A stretch of 64,000 nucleotides of DNA from an uncultured Gemmatimonadaceae bacterium. Its GTDB lineage: Bacteria; Gemmatimonadota; Gemmatimonadetes; Gemmatimonadales; GWC2-71-9. The DNA is taken from contig CAZXRC010000003.1 of the NCBI GenBank assembly GCA_964642475.1, positions 46,393 through 110,392 on the forward strand. The letters run 5' to 3'. This document shows, piece by piece, positions 1 to 9,341 of this stretch (positions within the stretch are counted from its first letter, which is position 1; each line of letters starts with the position of its first letter). Under the pieces are notes generated by a model, which searched no databases, had not been told where the DNA came from, and saw only the letters and a list, made by a program, of their open reading frames with translations. The position numbers and the translations under genes are program-made.

Positions 1-312
1 GCCGCGATCCGCATGGTCGCAGTCCACACCGGCCTCGCAGAGGCTGGCCGCGAGGCCGCCGGCATTGGCGGCTTCGACCTCGGCGCGGACCTCTCCCTGA
101 GGGAGAGGCACCCAGGCGGAGAGCCGGAGATATGGCATCCGGGCCTCCCCGGTGAGGGCCGAGTCGCTGAGCAGCACCGTCGTGGCGGCGCCGTCCCAGG
201 GTGCGCAGTCGGCCCGGGCCTCGGCGTAGCGCCAGCTCCGGCCGGGATCCTCCGCGGTCTCGGCGGCACAACCGCCGAGACCGACCAGACACGCGACGAT
301 CGCCAGTCTCAT
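1..312 (-). CDS. Hypothetical lipoprotein (C-terminal part runs off the window edge)
   Basis: Hand translation from ATG 312..310 gives MRLAIVACLVGLGGCAAE... (signal peptide plus lipobox Cys). The frame stays open to position 1. There is an ATGA overlap with the stop of the upstream VIT/VWA gene. It is absent from the ORF track because no stop codon lies in the window. Confidence 0.6.
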   Translation of the reverse strand, partial: MRLAIVACLVGLGGCAAETAEDPGRSWRYAEARADCAPWDGAATTVLLSDSALTGEARMPYLRLSAWVPLPQGEVRAEVEAANAGGLAASLCEAGVDCDHADRG

Positions 313-2507
313 GAGATCCCCCGGAAGCGGCGGACGAACTCCCGCACCTCGGCGTCGCTCATCCGCTCGAGCCCGCCATCCTGAATCTTGAGGCTGGCCC
401 GCCTCCCCGCCACCAGCACGGCCCCATCCAACTGGAGGCTGCCGGCCAGTTCCGGCAGCGCGCGCGTGACCGCAAAGTAGGCGGGGCTGAAGGGCGCCAC
501 GGTGGTTACCCGCAGGGAGTCTTCGTGGGCGATATCGGTCCACACCCCGCTGGCGCGACGGAACACTCGCCCACCGGCACGTCGGAGTTCGCCCCCCACG
601 GCCCTCAAGGCGATGACCTTCGACTCGGCGACCGCGTCGGCTTCGCTCAGGGAGTTGGCCTGCGAGAGGCGGCCACTCTCCTTGGCGCGCTCGAAGGCGA
701 CCTGGCCGGTCTGGGCGGTCGGAGACACCGGTGCGGGGGCCATCAGGGCGCCACGGGTCGCTCCCAGACCGACGCGGTCTTCCATCGGCTGCTCCCGCCG
801 CATGGCCAGCGAGGGCTCCTGTACCAGGTAGGAGGTGTACTCGGTCAGGACGCCATAGCGCAGACCCAGATCCCGCACCTCCCGGATCAGGGCCTCGTTC
901 TGGCCTTCGAGCCGGATCTGGCGGGTGAGATCGCCGATGCGACGCGAGGCCCAGAGCTTGGGAATGAACTCGTTGGCCGAGCTGACTTCCGGGAAGTTTG
1001 CCTCGGCGCTGAAGCGCTCCCGCCGGCCGTTCCGCTCCCCCTCGATGACGACCTGGCCCCGGCCGGTGCCATGGTAGCGGCCGAAGGCGACCAGCTCCTC
1101 GCCATAGAAAAGGTCCGGCAGGGTGCCTGGGGTCAGGACCCGGAACTCCACCGGGCTTTCGACCACGCGCAGGTTGACCAGCGCGGGACGACGGAGCTTG
1201 GCGACCAGGTTGCCCACCGCCACCTCGACGCTGGCCTCGGGCGCGACGTACTCGGTAGAGCCGCGCCCCTCGCGGGCCAGGCGGTCGAGCAGATAGGTGT
1301 TCACGTCGTGACCCACCCCGATGGTGAACACGCGGGCCCGCCCGATCCGTCCGGCGGCCTGGGCGGCGATCCGGTCGGGATTCTGTTCGCCCACGCTGGG
1401 CACGCCGTCAGTGAGGAAAATGACCAGCTGAAGCCGTTCGTTCGCCACCGAGCTGCCGAGCACGGCATCGAGCGCGCCGCTGATGTTGGTTCCGCCATCG
1501 GCGGCCAGGGCCTCGACGAATTCGCGTGCCTCCGAGAGGTTGGCCGCTGTCGCGGGGGTGAACCCGTCGCGGAAGCTGCGCACCCCGGAGCTGAAGGCGA
1601 TGAGGCGGAAGCGGTCCTCCGCGCGGAGCGTGCCGAGAGCCTGCCGGAGGGCGGCCTTGGCCTGCTCCAGTTTCTGCCCGGACATCGAGCCGGAGACGTC
1701 GACCACCAGGGACAGGTCGCGCGGAACCACGGGACCCTCCTCCCGGTCAGAGGGGGCCAGAAGCAGCATCACGTAACCGTCCTCGCCGCCGGGTGCGTGG
1801 GTCAGGACCGAGGTGCCGACCAGGCCGCGACGCAGAGGCAGGAGCAGCTCGATGTCCCCCCCCTCGCGGGTATCGATGCTGATCTCCATCCGGCCGTTGT
1901 CGCGACTGGTGGTGAGCCGGTGGGTGGGCGAATAGGGGGTGCCGTAGGCGGACTCGTTCGGCAGGGTCAGGCGCCAGACGCCGGCATCACCTCCACGGCG
2001 GCCCAGGGAGTAGCGGAGGCGCAGCGCGTCGCCCGCCCGGTCCAGGAGCTGGGTGTAGCGGAGCATCACCTTGCGGGTCTCTCCCGGCTGGATCGGGAAG
2101 ACCTGGGCCCGGACCAGGCCGTGGCCCGCCAGGGTGAGCAGCGCCGGGTCCTTCTGCCGACGGACGATCTCCTCGTAGATGCCGCGGGCCTGCTCGGCGT
2201 TCATCATCTCCCCGCGGAGCTCCTGGTCGCCCATCCAGAGCGAGAAATTCTGGAACACCGCCTCGCCCGGCAGCGGGTAGAGATAGCTTCCCTCCGCGAG
2301 CCCGCCGCCATTGTTGCGGAAGCGCTCTTCCACTTCCACCCGGGCGACCCGCCCGTCGATGGTTGTGCGCACCTCGGAGCTTACCCGGACGATGCTGGGG
2401 TTGACCGGCAGGGCAATCCGGGGACGTTCGAGTTCGATCCAGCCCTGGGCCCGCAGGGGGACCGCTGCCGGGGCCAGGAGTGCGAGGGCGAGCAGGGTAC
2501 GACGCAT
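309..2507 (-). CDS. Secreted VIT domain + von Willebrand factor A (VWA) domain protein
   Basis: This is the 832-aa ORF trimmed to the internal ATG at 2507, giving MRRTLLALALLAPAAVPLRAQG (signal peptide). The N-terminal region is VIT-like. The VWA MIDAS motif DVSGSMSG is present, with a later TDG. Confidence 0.85.
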   Translation of the reverse strand: MRRTLLALALLAPAAVPLRAQGWIELERPRIALPVNPSIVRVSSEVRTTIDGRVARVEVEERFRNNGGGLAEGSYLYPLPGEAVFQNFSLWMGDQELRGEMMNAEQARGIYEEIVRRQKDPALLTLAGHGLVRAQVFPIQPGETRKVMLRYTQLLDRAGDALRLRYSLGRRGGDAGVWRLTLPNESAYGTPYSPTHRLTTSRDNGRMEISIDTREGGDIELLLPLRRGLVGTSVLTHAPGGEDGYVMLLLAPSDREEGPVVPRDLSLVVDVSGSMSGQKLEQAKAALRQALGTLRAEDRFRLIAFSSGVRSFRDGFTPATAANLSEAREFVEALAADGGTNISGALDAVLGSSVANERLQLVIFLTDGVPSVGEQNPDRIAAQAAGRIGRARVFTIGVGHDVNTYLLDRLAREGRGSTEYVAPEASVEVAVGNLVAKLRRPALVNLRVVESPVEFRVLTPGTLPDLFYGEELVAFGRYHGTGRGQVVIEGERNGRRERFSAEANFPEVSSANEFIPKLWASRRIGDLTRQIRLEGQNEALIREVRDLGLRYGVLTEYTSYLVQEPSLAMRREQPMEDRVGLGATRGALMAPAPVSPTAQTGQVAFERAKESGRLSQANSLSEADAVAESKVIALRAVGGELRRAGGRVFRRASGVWTDIAHEDSLRVTTVAPFSPAYFAVTRALPELAGSLQLDGAVLVAGRRASLKIQDGGLERMSDAEVREFVRRFRGIS

Positions 2508-2645
2508 GGGTTCCTCGGTGTTCGGGGTCAGCCGGGGGATGCGTGTACCCAGGGGATTTGCACGGGCCCCGTGGCGGAGCCGGAACGGCGCGGGCATCTT
2601 CTGATGCGGCTTGTACTTGGCGACGCCACCCGGAGGTGCCCGATC

Positions 2646-3155
2646 ATGCCCGAAGTCAGCGTTACCCGGACCTACCTGGAAATGGGCTCCCCGTCCGATC
2701 TGGTGGCCGAAGGGAGTGCCGGGCCCGAGGTTCGGCTCGACGCGATGAGGCCGTGCCCCTGGCACCTCTACCGGTACCTGTATGTCGAGGTGGGGCGGGC
2801 GTACCACTGGAAGGACCGGCTGCCGTGGACCGAGGCGCAGTTCCGGGAATGGCTGTCAGGGCCGAGCCGGATCTGGCTGCTCTCGGTGGGGGGAGCCCCG
2901 GCGGGGTTCTTCGAGCTGCGGGGACATCCCGACCGGAGCCAGGAGATCGCCTACTTCGGACTGCTGCCGGAGTATCAGGGGCAAGGGCTCGGCAAGTTCC
3001 TGCTGACGCGGGCGGTGGAGGAGGCCTGGGCGCTGGGGCCGAGCCGGGTGTGGCTGCACACCTGTACGCTGGACCATCCGGGGGCACTGCCTAACTATCT
3101 CAAGCGGGGGTTCCGCAAAGTGGGCGAGGAGGTGTACGTCACGACGATTTCTTGA
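2646..3155 (+). CDS. GNAT family N-acetyltransferase
   Basis: This is the C-terminal 169 aa of the 876-aa ORF, starting at ATG 2646. It carries the acetyl-CoA motif QGQGLGKFLL and ends ...YLKRGF. The upstream 700 aa of that ORF is antisense to the VWA gene. Confidence 0.8.
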   Translation: MPEVSVTRTYLEMGSPSDLVAEGSAGPEVRLDAMRPCPWHLYRYLYVEVGRAYHWKDRLPWTEAQFREWLSGPSRIWLLSVGGAPAGFFELRGHPDRSQEIAYFGLLPEYQGQGLGKFLLTRAVEEAWALGPSRVWLHTCTLDHPGALPNYLKRGFRKVGEEVYVTTIS

Positions 3156-3166
3156 TTCTCTCTCAA

Positions 3167-3312
3167 CTGCTTTCCACGGATTCAGGGGACTGGAACGGAT
3201 CCCCGTTGGTTCTGCGGGATGGACCGCGGCTCAGGTGGACAGTCCGAGGCGAGTGTTACGCCTGACGAGGCAGCGTGAATCCGTTCCGATCTCCTGAATC
3301 CGCGGAAAGCAG
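3167..3312. repeat. Long imperfect inverted repeat filling a convergent intergenic region (REP/MITE-like stem-loop, possible bidirectional terminator)
   Basis: Arm 3167-3202 matches the reverse complement of 3277-3312 at 31 of 36 positions. The spacer is 74 nt. The element sits between the stop codons of the GNAT gene and nth. Confidence 0.7.
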
Positions 3313-3332
3313 TCTACCGGCTCCGCCCGGCA

Positions 3333-4046
3333 TCAAACCTCTGAGCTCGGGCACACATCGTTGAGCACACACCCCTCGCACTGGGGCCGCCGGGCGATGC
3401 AGACCTTCCGCCCATGCAGGATCAGCAGGTGCGAAATCAGGGTCCATTCCTCCCGCGGAATCAGCCGCATCAGGTCCTGCTCGATCTTGACCGGATCGGC
3501 ATGCTTGGTCAGGCCGAGCAGCCCGGAGAGCCGGGTCACGTGGGTATCGACGGTGACGCCTTCGTTGATGCCGAAGGCGTTGCCGAGGACCACGTTCGCC
3601 GTCTTACGCCCGACCCCGGGCAGGGCGTGCAGCTCCGCCATGGTGCGGGGGATCTCGCCCCGGTGTTCGGCCGCCACCGCCTGGGCCATCGCAATCAGAT
3701 TTTTCGCCTTGTTGCGGAAGAAGCCGGTGGACTGGATCAGCTTCTCCACATCGGGCTGGCGGGCCCGGGCGAGCGCGGCCGCATTGGGGTAGGCCGCGAA
3801 CACCGCGGGGGTCACCAGGTTGACCCGGGCGTCGGTGCACTGGGCCGAGAGGATCGTGGCGACGAGCAGCTGGTAGGCGTTGCCATGGTCCAGGGCGCAG
3901 CGGGCCGCGGGGTACTCCGAGCGAAGCCGGGCGAGGATTGCGAGGGCCCTGGCCGGCGTACCGGAGGCGGGGAAGCGGCGGGCGCGGCGCGGGGCGCCGG
4001 AGGCCTTCTTCGTTGCCGCGCGGGCGGGACGCCGGGTCCGCTTCAT
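3333..4046 (-). CDS. nth: Endonuclease III (DNA glycosylase/AP lyase)
   Basis: HhH-GPD motif LPGVGRKTANVVL. C-terminal 4Fe-4S cluster motif CIARRPQCEGCVLNDVC. ATGA overlap with the polX stop. Confidence 0.93.
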   Translation of the reverse strand: MKRTRRPARAATKKASGAPRRARRFPASGTPARALAILARLRSEYPAARCALDHGNAYQLLVATILSAQCTDARVNLVTPAVFAAYPNAAALARARQPDVEKLIQSTGFFRNKAKNLIAMAQAVAAEHRGEIPRTMAELHALPGVGRKTANVVLGNAFGINEGVTVDTHVTRLSGLLGLTKHADPVKIEQDLMRLIPREEWTLISHLLILHGRKVCIARRPQCEGCVLNDVCPSSEV

Positions 4047-5773
4047 GCCGGCCTCCGCTTCCGCACGAAGGCAAGGAACTCATCCAGGCTCCTGGCGTTC
4101 AGCACATCCTCCCGGGTCAGCCACCCTTTGCGGGCCATCGCTACGCCGTAGTCGACGTGCCGCAGGCCCGGGATGTTGTGGGCATCGGCACCGATGGATA
4201 TCGTCACCCCACCATCGCGCGCCTGGCGCAACAACCGCCAGTCGAGATCGAGTCGGTGCGGATCGCCATTGATCTCGATCGCGACGCCGGTTCGCGCCGC
4301 CTTCTCGAAGACCGCCTGGAGATCGAGCGGATAGGGGTCCCGGGAGAGGAGGAGCCGTCCGGTCGGGTGACCGATGATCGCGAGATAGGGGTTGTCCATC
4401 GCGGCGAGCATCCGACTGGTCATCTCGTCCCGGGTGAGCCCGAAGCGGCTGTGGATCGAGCCGATGACGAAGTCGAGCCGGCGCAGGATTGCGGTGTCAT
4501 AGTCGAGGGCGCCGTCGGCCAGGATGTCGGCCTCGACGCCCTTGAGCACCCGTATCCCGGTGAGCCGCTGGTTCACGGCGTCGATTTCGTCGGCCTGGCG
4601 CAGGAGGTCGTCGGGGGTGAGTCCACCGGCGTAGGCCGCGGCCTTGCTGTGGTCGGTGAGACCGACATAGCTGTAGCCGGCGTCGCGGCAGGCGCGGGCC
4701 AGCTCTTCGATCGACGTGGTGCCGTCGGAGTAGGTGGAGTGGCAGTGGAGAAAGCCGGCGAGGTCGCCACGCTCCAGGAGCCGCGGCAGCGTACCCGCCA
4801 AGGCCGCCTCGATCTCGCCCCGGCCCTCCCGCAGCTCGGGCGGGATGACCGGGAGGCCCAGGGCGGCGTAGAAGGCCGGTTCGTCGGCGGTGGCCACGAA
4901 CTCGCTTCCTTTCCAGAGCGCCGCCCCGTCGAGGCCGTAGCCCTTCTGGCGGGCGTGGGCGGCGAGCTGGGCGACATGGGCTTCACTGCCGGTAGCCTGC
5001 ACCAGCACCGCCCCGGCGTTGCGCGGGGTGGTGACGATGACCTCGGCCTGGGCGCCGCCGCTCACTCGGAGCGTCACCCGGCGTTCGTCCTTTCCCGAGA
5101 ACTCGTGCACCCCCGGCAGCTCCCCGATCACCCGGAAAATCTCGGCCGGGGCTACGTTGGCCACCAACACCACCACGATGTCCCGCACCACTTCCATCCG
5201 GCGACGGATATCGCCGGCAATCTCGGCCCGGAGGACCCCGGGGAGCGCGGCCAGCGCGTCGCGGAGGCCCTCCGCCTCTTCGGCGGCGTGATGGGCCAGC
5301 TTGAACGCGCTGGCCTGCCGCAGGAAGGCGATGCCCTTGAGGATGTTCTCGGCGGTCTTCGGGCCGAAGCGGGGGAGTTTGGCCAGCCGCCCGTCGCGGG
5401 CCGCGGCCTCGAGCTCGGGGAGCGAGTCGATGTCGAGCGACTCGTGGATCTGCCGGATCTTGGCCACGCCCAGTCCGCCGATCTGCAGCATCTCCACCAG
5501 GCCGGGGGGCACCTGCTCCCGCAGTTCCTCGAGAAGGCTAGAGCGGCCGGTGGCCACCAGCTCCTGCACGATCTGCAGGGTGGCCGGTCCCACGCCCTTT
5601 GTGCCCGCCAACGATCCGTCGGTCAGGGCCTCCGCCAGCTCGCCCGGCAGACTCGCGACCGCCCGGGCCGCGGTCCGGAAGGCGCGCACCCGGAAGGGGT
5701 TCTCGGCTTTGAGCTCGAGGAACGCGGCGATCTGTTCGAGGACGCCGGCGACGGCCTTCTGGTCCATGCTCAT
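4043..5773 (-). CDS. polX: DNA polymerase/3'-5' exonuclease PolX (Pol beta-like domain + PHP domain)
   Basis: N-terminal HhH/Pol-beta-like region. C-terminal PHP domain motif HCHSTYSDG...GLTDHS...SIGADAH. Length is 576 aa. Confidence 0.92.
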   Translation of the reverse strand: MSMDQKAVAGVLEQIAAFLELKAENPFRVRAFRTAARAVASLPGELAEALTDGSLAGTKGVGPATLQIVQELVATGRSSLLEELREQVPPGLVEMLQIGGLGVAKIRQIHESLDIDSLPELEAAARDGRLAKLPRFGPKTAENILKGIAFLRQASAFKLAHHAAEEAEGLRDALAALPGVLRAEIAGDIRRRMEVVRDIVVVLVANVAPAEIFRVIGELPGVHEFSGKDERRVTLRVSGGAQAEVIVTTPRNAGAVLVQATGSEAHVAQLAAHARQKGYGLDGAALWKGSEFVATADEPAFYAALGLPVIPPELREGRGEIEAALAGTLPRLLERGDLAGFLHCHSTYSDGTTSIEELARACRDAGYSYVGLTDHSKAAAYAGGLTPDDLLRQADEIDAVNQRLTGIRVLKGVEADILADGALDYDTAILRRLDFVIGSIHSRFGLTRDEMTSRMLAAMDNPYLAIIGHPTGRLLLSRDPYPLDLQAVFEKAARTGVAIEINGDPHRLDLDWRLLRQARDGGVTISIGADAHNIPGLRHVDYGVAMARKGWLTREDVLNARSLDEFLAFVRKRRPA

Positions 5774-6534
5774 CAGGGAAGGTCGACTGGGTGATGGGGC
5801 TGATGGGCGGCCCCGGCACAGCCGACGGCTTCGGCCAGCAGGGGCACCGCCCGCGCGGCAAGTTCCAGCAACTCGTCTCCTCCCACGATCGAAAACAGTC
5901 CCGCCTCGGCTCCCCCGGGGAGCACCGGTGCGAACAGCGCCGTTCCGTCCTCGCGTTCCGACCGGTCCACACGATAGCCGTCCACGTCCACCACCGCGAA
6001 CCCGTCCTGGCCGGGGTGCAGCCCGAACACCGCCAGCAGGAAGTACCCGTCTGTGGGCCAGGGGCGCAGGAACATCCCGTCGAGCGGCTGATGCGGCGCG
6101 TCCGGGGCCAGGGGGGCCCAGAGCAACCGTTCGGGAAACTGGATGTACCCGGCCCGGGGGAGCCCGACCCCGGGGGCCTCATGGCGGACCGGTGGCGCGG
6201 TGAGGAGCCGGCGGGTCCGCTCCCGGCCCGGCCGAACCAGCCAGGCGCCCTCGGCCCAGTAGAGGTAGGCGTGGTGCAGCAGGGCGAGGTGCTGCTCGAT
6301 CGCCTCGCCGACGCCTTCCTCCGGGACCAGCTCCCGCAGATACGTCACCACCTCGCGATCCAGCACGAACGCATCCAGGTCATGCGGATCCCGTCCCGAA
6401 CCGGTCAGCGACTCGCGCAGGCGGGCGAACCGCTCGCCGGCTCCGGGGCCGAAGGCGATATCGAAGGGAGTGGGGCGAGGAGCCATAGGGCCGGTAGCCG
6501 GGACGGTGAGGGGGGCTGCGTCGGAGACGACCAT
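5773..6534 (-). CDS. Hypothetical protein, translationally coupled to polX
   Basis: 253-aa ORF with GC3-rich codon usage. Its stop overlaps the polX ATG by 1 nt. I recognise no domain. Confidence 0.6.
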   Translation of the reverse strand: MVVSDAAPLTVPATGPMAPRPTPFDIAFGPGAGERFARLRESLTGSGRDPHDLDAFVLDREVVTYLRELVPEEGVGEAIEQHLALLHHAYLYWAEGAWLVRPGRERTRRLLTAPPVRHEAPGVGLPRAGYIQFPERLLWAPLAPDAPHQPLDGMFLRPWPTDGYFLLAVFGLHPGQDGFAVVDVDGYRVDRSEREDGTALFAPVLPGGAEAGLFSIVGGDELLELAARAVPLLAEAVGCAGAAHQPHHPVDLP

Positions 6535-6562
6535 GTGACCGCGCGCTGCTCAAGCTAACGGC

Positions 6563-7390
6563 TTACGGCTCGTGGCCCGGGGCCAGAAACCCGCCGATCA
6601 CCCTCACGAAATCGCTCGACGCCTCCACATACGGCACATGGCCGCAATTCCTGACCAGGTGGAACTCGGCCCGCAGGCACTGGGCGGTTTCGCGGGCGGC
6701 CTCCCACGGGATCGGGTCCTCTTCCCCGTGCAGCACCAGGGCCGGAATCGTGAGGCGCCGAAGAGCCGGTCGCAGGTCGTAGTCTCCCAGACTCTGCCAG
6801 ACTTCCGCTCGGGTCCGCTCGGTGACCCGGAAAGGTGTGAGCGACACCGCACGGGCCGGGTCGCGAAAGTAGCCCGCTACCGCCAACTCGAAGAGCCGGG
6901 CCGCGTGCGCCGCCGGGTCGCGCTCGCGAAGGCCGCTCTCCCGGAGCGCCTGCCGGGCTGCCTGGAGCTCCGGTGTCATGGTGCGGGCCTGGAAGCGGCG
7001 CTCGAACTCGTCCCGCGCGGGGCGCCAGGCCGGTGCGGGTGAGATCAGGGCCATCCGCTCCACCCGATCCGGGTGCTCCAGGGCGTAGAGCTCCGCCAGC
7101 AGCCCTCCCCAGCTGTACCCGGCGAGGGTCAGGCGTTCGAGCTGCCACCGCTGCCGCAGCGCCTCGAGATCGGCCACGTGCTCCCGCCAGCCGACCGGGA
7201 CTTCACGCCCGACGGGGGACTGTCCGCCTCCCCGCTGGTCGTAGTAGATCAGCTCGTGGCCGTCCGCCAGGGCATCGAACCCGGGCCGCAGATAGTCGTG
7301 ATGCGCACCGGGACCGCCGTGCAACACCACTACCGGCGGGCCTGCCCCGATCCGCCGCTCGAACAGCTCGACCCCGTTCACGCCGGTCAT
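6563..7390 (-). CDS. Alpha/beta hydrolase (proline iminopeptidase-like)
   Basis: HGGPG oxyanion motif, nucleophile elbow GYSWGG, and C-terminal catalytic His (NCGHVP). Confidence 0.88.
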   Translation of the reverse strand: MTGVNGVELFERRIGAGPPVVVLHGGPGAHHDYLRPGFDALADGHELIYYDQRGGGQSPVGREVPVGWREHVADLEALRQRWQLERLTLAGYSWGGLLAELYALEHPDRVERMALISPAPAWRPARDEFERRFQARTMTPELQAARQALRESGLRERDPAAHAARLFELAVAGYFRDPARAVSLTPFRVTERTRAEVWQSLGDYDLRPALRRLTIPALVLHGEEDPIPWEAARETAQCLRAEFHLVRNCGHVPYVEASSDFVRVIGGFLAPGHEP

Positions 7391-7444
7391 CCGCGAATAC
7401 GCGGAACGCCGCGGGTGGACGACGATGGGCTCACCGGCGGTGGG

Positions 7445-7903
7445 TCACAAGAGCGCCGCGAGGCCGTCGGCCACCTCGCGCACCGCCCGCTCTTCCTCGG
7501 GAGTGAACGGATCGGGGACGTCGCTGTCCACGTCGATCTGCCCCAGGATGGTGTTCCCCCGGCGGATCAGCACCACCAGCTCCGACCGGGTAAAGGTGTT
7601 GCAGGCGATGTAATTCTCGATGGCCCGGACATCGGGGACATTCTGGTCCCGACCGGTGGACACCGCGGTGCCGCAGACGCCGTGGCCCACCCGAATGTTG
7701 GTGTGCTCGGTCTCGCGGCCGCTGTAAGCCTCGAGGATCAGCTCGTCGCCGTGCAGCATGTAGAGGTAGACCGAGGTGTAGGGGGGGCCCGCGGCGCGGA
7801 TCCGCTCCGCCGCGTAGGTAAGCAGCTGCGCCCGCCCCGCGTCCTTCGCAAACAGCCCGCGCAGCCCCGCCACGATCGGGAGGGCATTGAGCACTGTCGC
7901 CAT
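7445..7903 (-). CDS. GAF domain protein (free methionine-R-sulfoxide reductase-like)
   Basis: 152 aa with the GAF-type pattern ...GHGVCGTAV...ACNTFTRSELVVLI...GQIDVDS. It starts directly after the stop of the upstream peptidase gene. Confidence 0.8.
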   Translation of the reverse strand: MATVLNALPIVAGLRGLFAKDAGRAQLLTYAAERIRAAGPPYTSVYLYMLHGDELILEAYSGRETEHTNIRVGHGVCGTAVSTGRDQNVPDVRAIENYIACNTFTRSELVVLIRRGNTILGQIDVDSDVPDPFTPEEERAVREVADGLAALL

Positions 7904-9211
7904 TCAGCTGCCTCTCGTTCCGAGGGTCACCTGCACCCGCTGCTCCACCCCGTCGCGGAGGATCCGGATCTCCACCACGTCGCCCGGCCGGTGCCCCCGC
8001 AGGGCGCTGGTCATGCCCTGCAGATCGGGTACCCGGGTCTCGCCGATCTGGACGATGATATCGTTGCCTTTGAGGCCCGCCTTCTCGGCGGGGCTCCCGG
8101 CGCGGACCCCGGTCAGCCGCACCCCGCCGGGACTGTCCGACATGTCGGGCACGGTGCCGAGGTACGCTCCATAGCCCGACGCCGACGAAGCAGACGAGGC
8201 GGAAAGCGCCGGCGGGGGCACGTTGACGAAGGTGAGGGCCTCGCGTCGGCTCCCCAGGGCCCGCACGATCGAGGCGGTGAAGTCCGCCACCTTGGCCAGG
8301 CCGTCGGCGTTGACCTTCTCCCAGTCGTCGGTGGTCCGGTGATAGTCCTCGTGCAGGTCGGTAAAGAGGTGCAGGACCGGGAGTCCCGCGCCGTAGAACG
8401 AGGACTGATCGCTCCGGCCCCACCCGTCGCCCGAGGCCTTGAGGTCGAAATGCGCCTCGACGTTGAGCGAATCGAGGATGCCTCCCAGTTCCTTGCCGGT
8501 GGCGACCCCGTAGATGAGCAGCCGATCGTTCCGGAGCCGCCCCACCATGTCCATGTTGATCATGGCGTAGGTGCGGGACAGCGGGAAGACCGGATTCTTG
8601 ACGTAATAGTCGGACCCCAGGAGCCCCGATTCCTCGCCGCTGAAGGCGATGAACACGACCGTTCGGCCCGGCGGGGTCTGGCGCAGCTTCTTGGCGATGT
8701 GGATCAGGGCGCTCACGCCCGAGGCGTTGTCATCGGCGCCGTTGTGAATCTGCCCGGTGCTGTCGGGATCGAGCGAGCCGAAGGCTCCGGTGCCCAGGTG
8801 ATCGTAGTGCGCTCCCACGATCACGATCTCGTTGCGGAGGTTGGGGTCCTTCCCGGGGAGTACCCCGATCACATTCTTGCCGATCACGCCGCCGATCCCG
8901 GCATGTACCGCCGCCGGCGCGGTGGCCGAGACGGTGAAGGGCTGGAACCAGCCCTGGGGCGCGGGCCGGAGGCCCACCTGCTTGAAGCGCCGGGCCAGAT
9001 AGGCCGCGGCACTGTCTGCTCCCGGCGAACCGATCAGGCGGCCCCGGAGGCTGTCACTGGAGAGGAAGCGGACATCGCCCAGCAGGGAGACCGGGTCGAC
9101 CACGGTCTGCGCCTGGGCCGGCGGGGCCAGGGCGGCCCAGACCAGCATCAGGGGGGCACAACGACGGTACGAGGGGTGCATATGGGGCAGAAGCTTAAGG
9201 GCGGACCCCAT
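7904..9211 (-). CDS. M28 family metallopeptidase with C-terminal PDZ domain
   Basis: M28 metal-ligand context (GAHYDHLG, GADDNASG, FSGEESGLLGS) and a PDZ-like C-terminus (GVRLTGVRAGSPAEKAGLKGNDIIVQIG). An alternative ATG at 9181 gives a cleaner signal peptide, MHPSYRRCAPLMLVWAALAPPAQA. Confidence 0.88.
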   Translation of the reverse strand: MGSALKLLPHMHPSYRRCAPLMLVWAALAPPAQAQTVVDPVSLLGDVRFLSSDSLRGRLIGSPGADSAAAYLARRFKQVGLRPAPQGWFQPFTVSATAPAAVHAGIGGVIGKNVIGVLPGKDPNLRNEIVIVGAHYDHLGTGAFGSLDPDSTGQIHNGADDNASGVSALIHIAKKLRQTPPGRTVVFIAFSGEESGLLGSDYYVKNPVFPLSRTYAMINMDMVGRLRNDRLLIYGVATGKELGGILDSLNVEAHFDLKASGDGWGRSDQSSFYGAGLPVLHLFTDLHEDYHRTTDDWEKVNADGLAKVADFTASIVRALGSRREALTFVNVPPPALSASSASSASGYGAYLGTVPDMSDSPGGVRLTGVRAGSPAEKAGLKGNDIIVQIGETRVPDLQGMTSALRGHRPGDVVEIRILRDGVEQRVQVTLGTRGS

Positions 9212-9341
9212 CAGGGTCCAAGCGTGCTCGGGGCTGTTTTCGGCCTGGGGGCCGTTGCTAACACATTGCTGTGCTTGAGAATAGACACTATCTTGGACTT
9301 TATGACCTCAGCCCCCGGCCGGCTGTGATTCGAGGGGAACC

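Noticed and set aside
525-2645. The N-terminal ~700 aa of the 876-aa plus-strand ORF.
   Set aside because: It runs antisense to the well-supported VIT/VWA gene and has a low-complexity Gly/Arg/Ala/Pro/Asp-rich translation with no motifs. Only the last 169 aa (the GNAT protein, from ATG 2646) are credible. This is a typical high-GC antisense ORF artefact.
3938-5794. A 618-aa plus-strand ORF. The same applies to the other long antisense ORFs at 7073-9328, 13650-14924, 31631-34177, 35947-38100, 39781-41745, 43659-46172, 57929-59665 and 60589-61962.
   Set aside because: Each lies opposite a gene with clear family motifs (polX, M28 peptidase, TonB-dependent receptor, YfcC, cheA, HEAT, mgtE, amidohydrolase, pqqE). 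High GC suppresses stop codons on the antisense strand, and none of these shows a recognisable domain.
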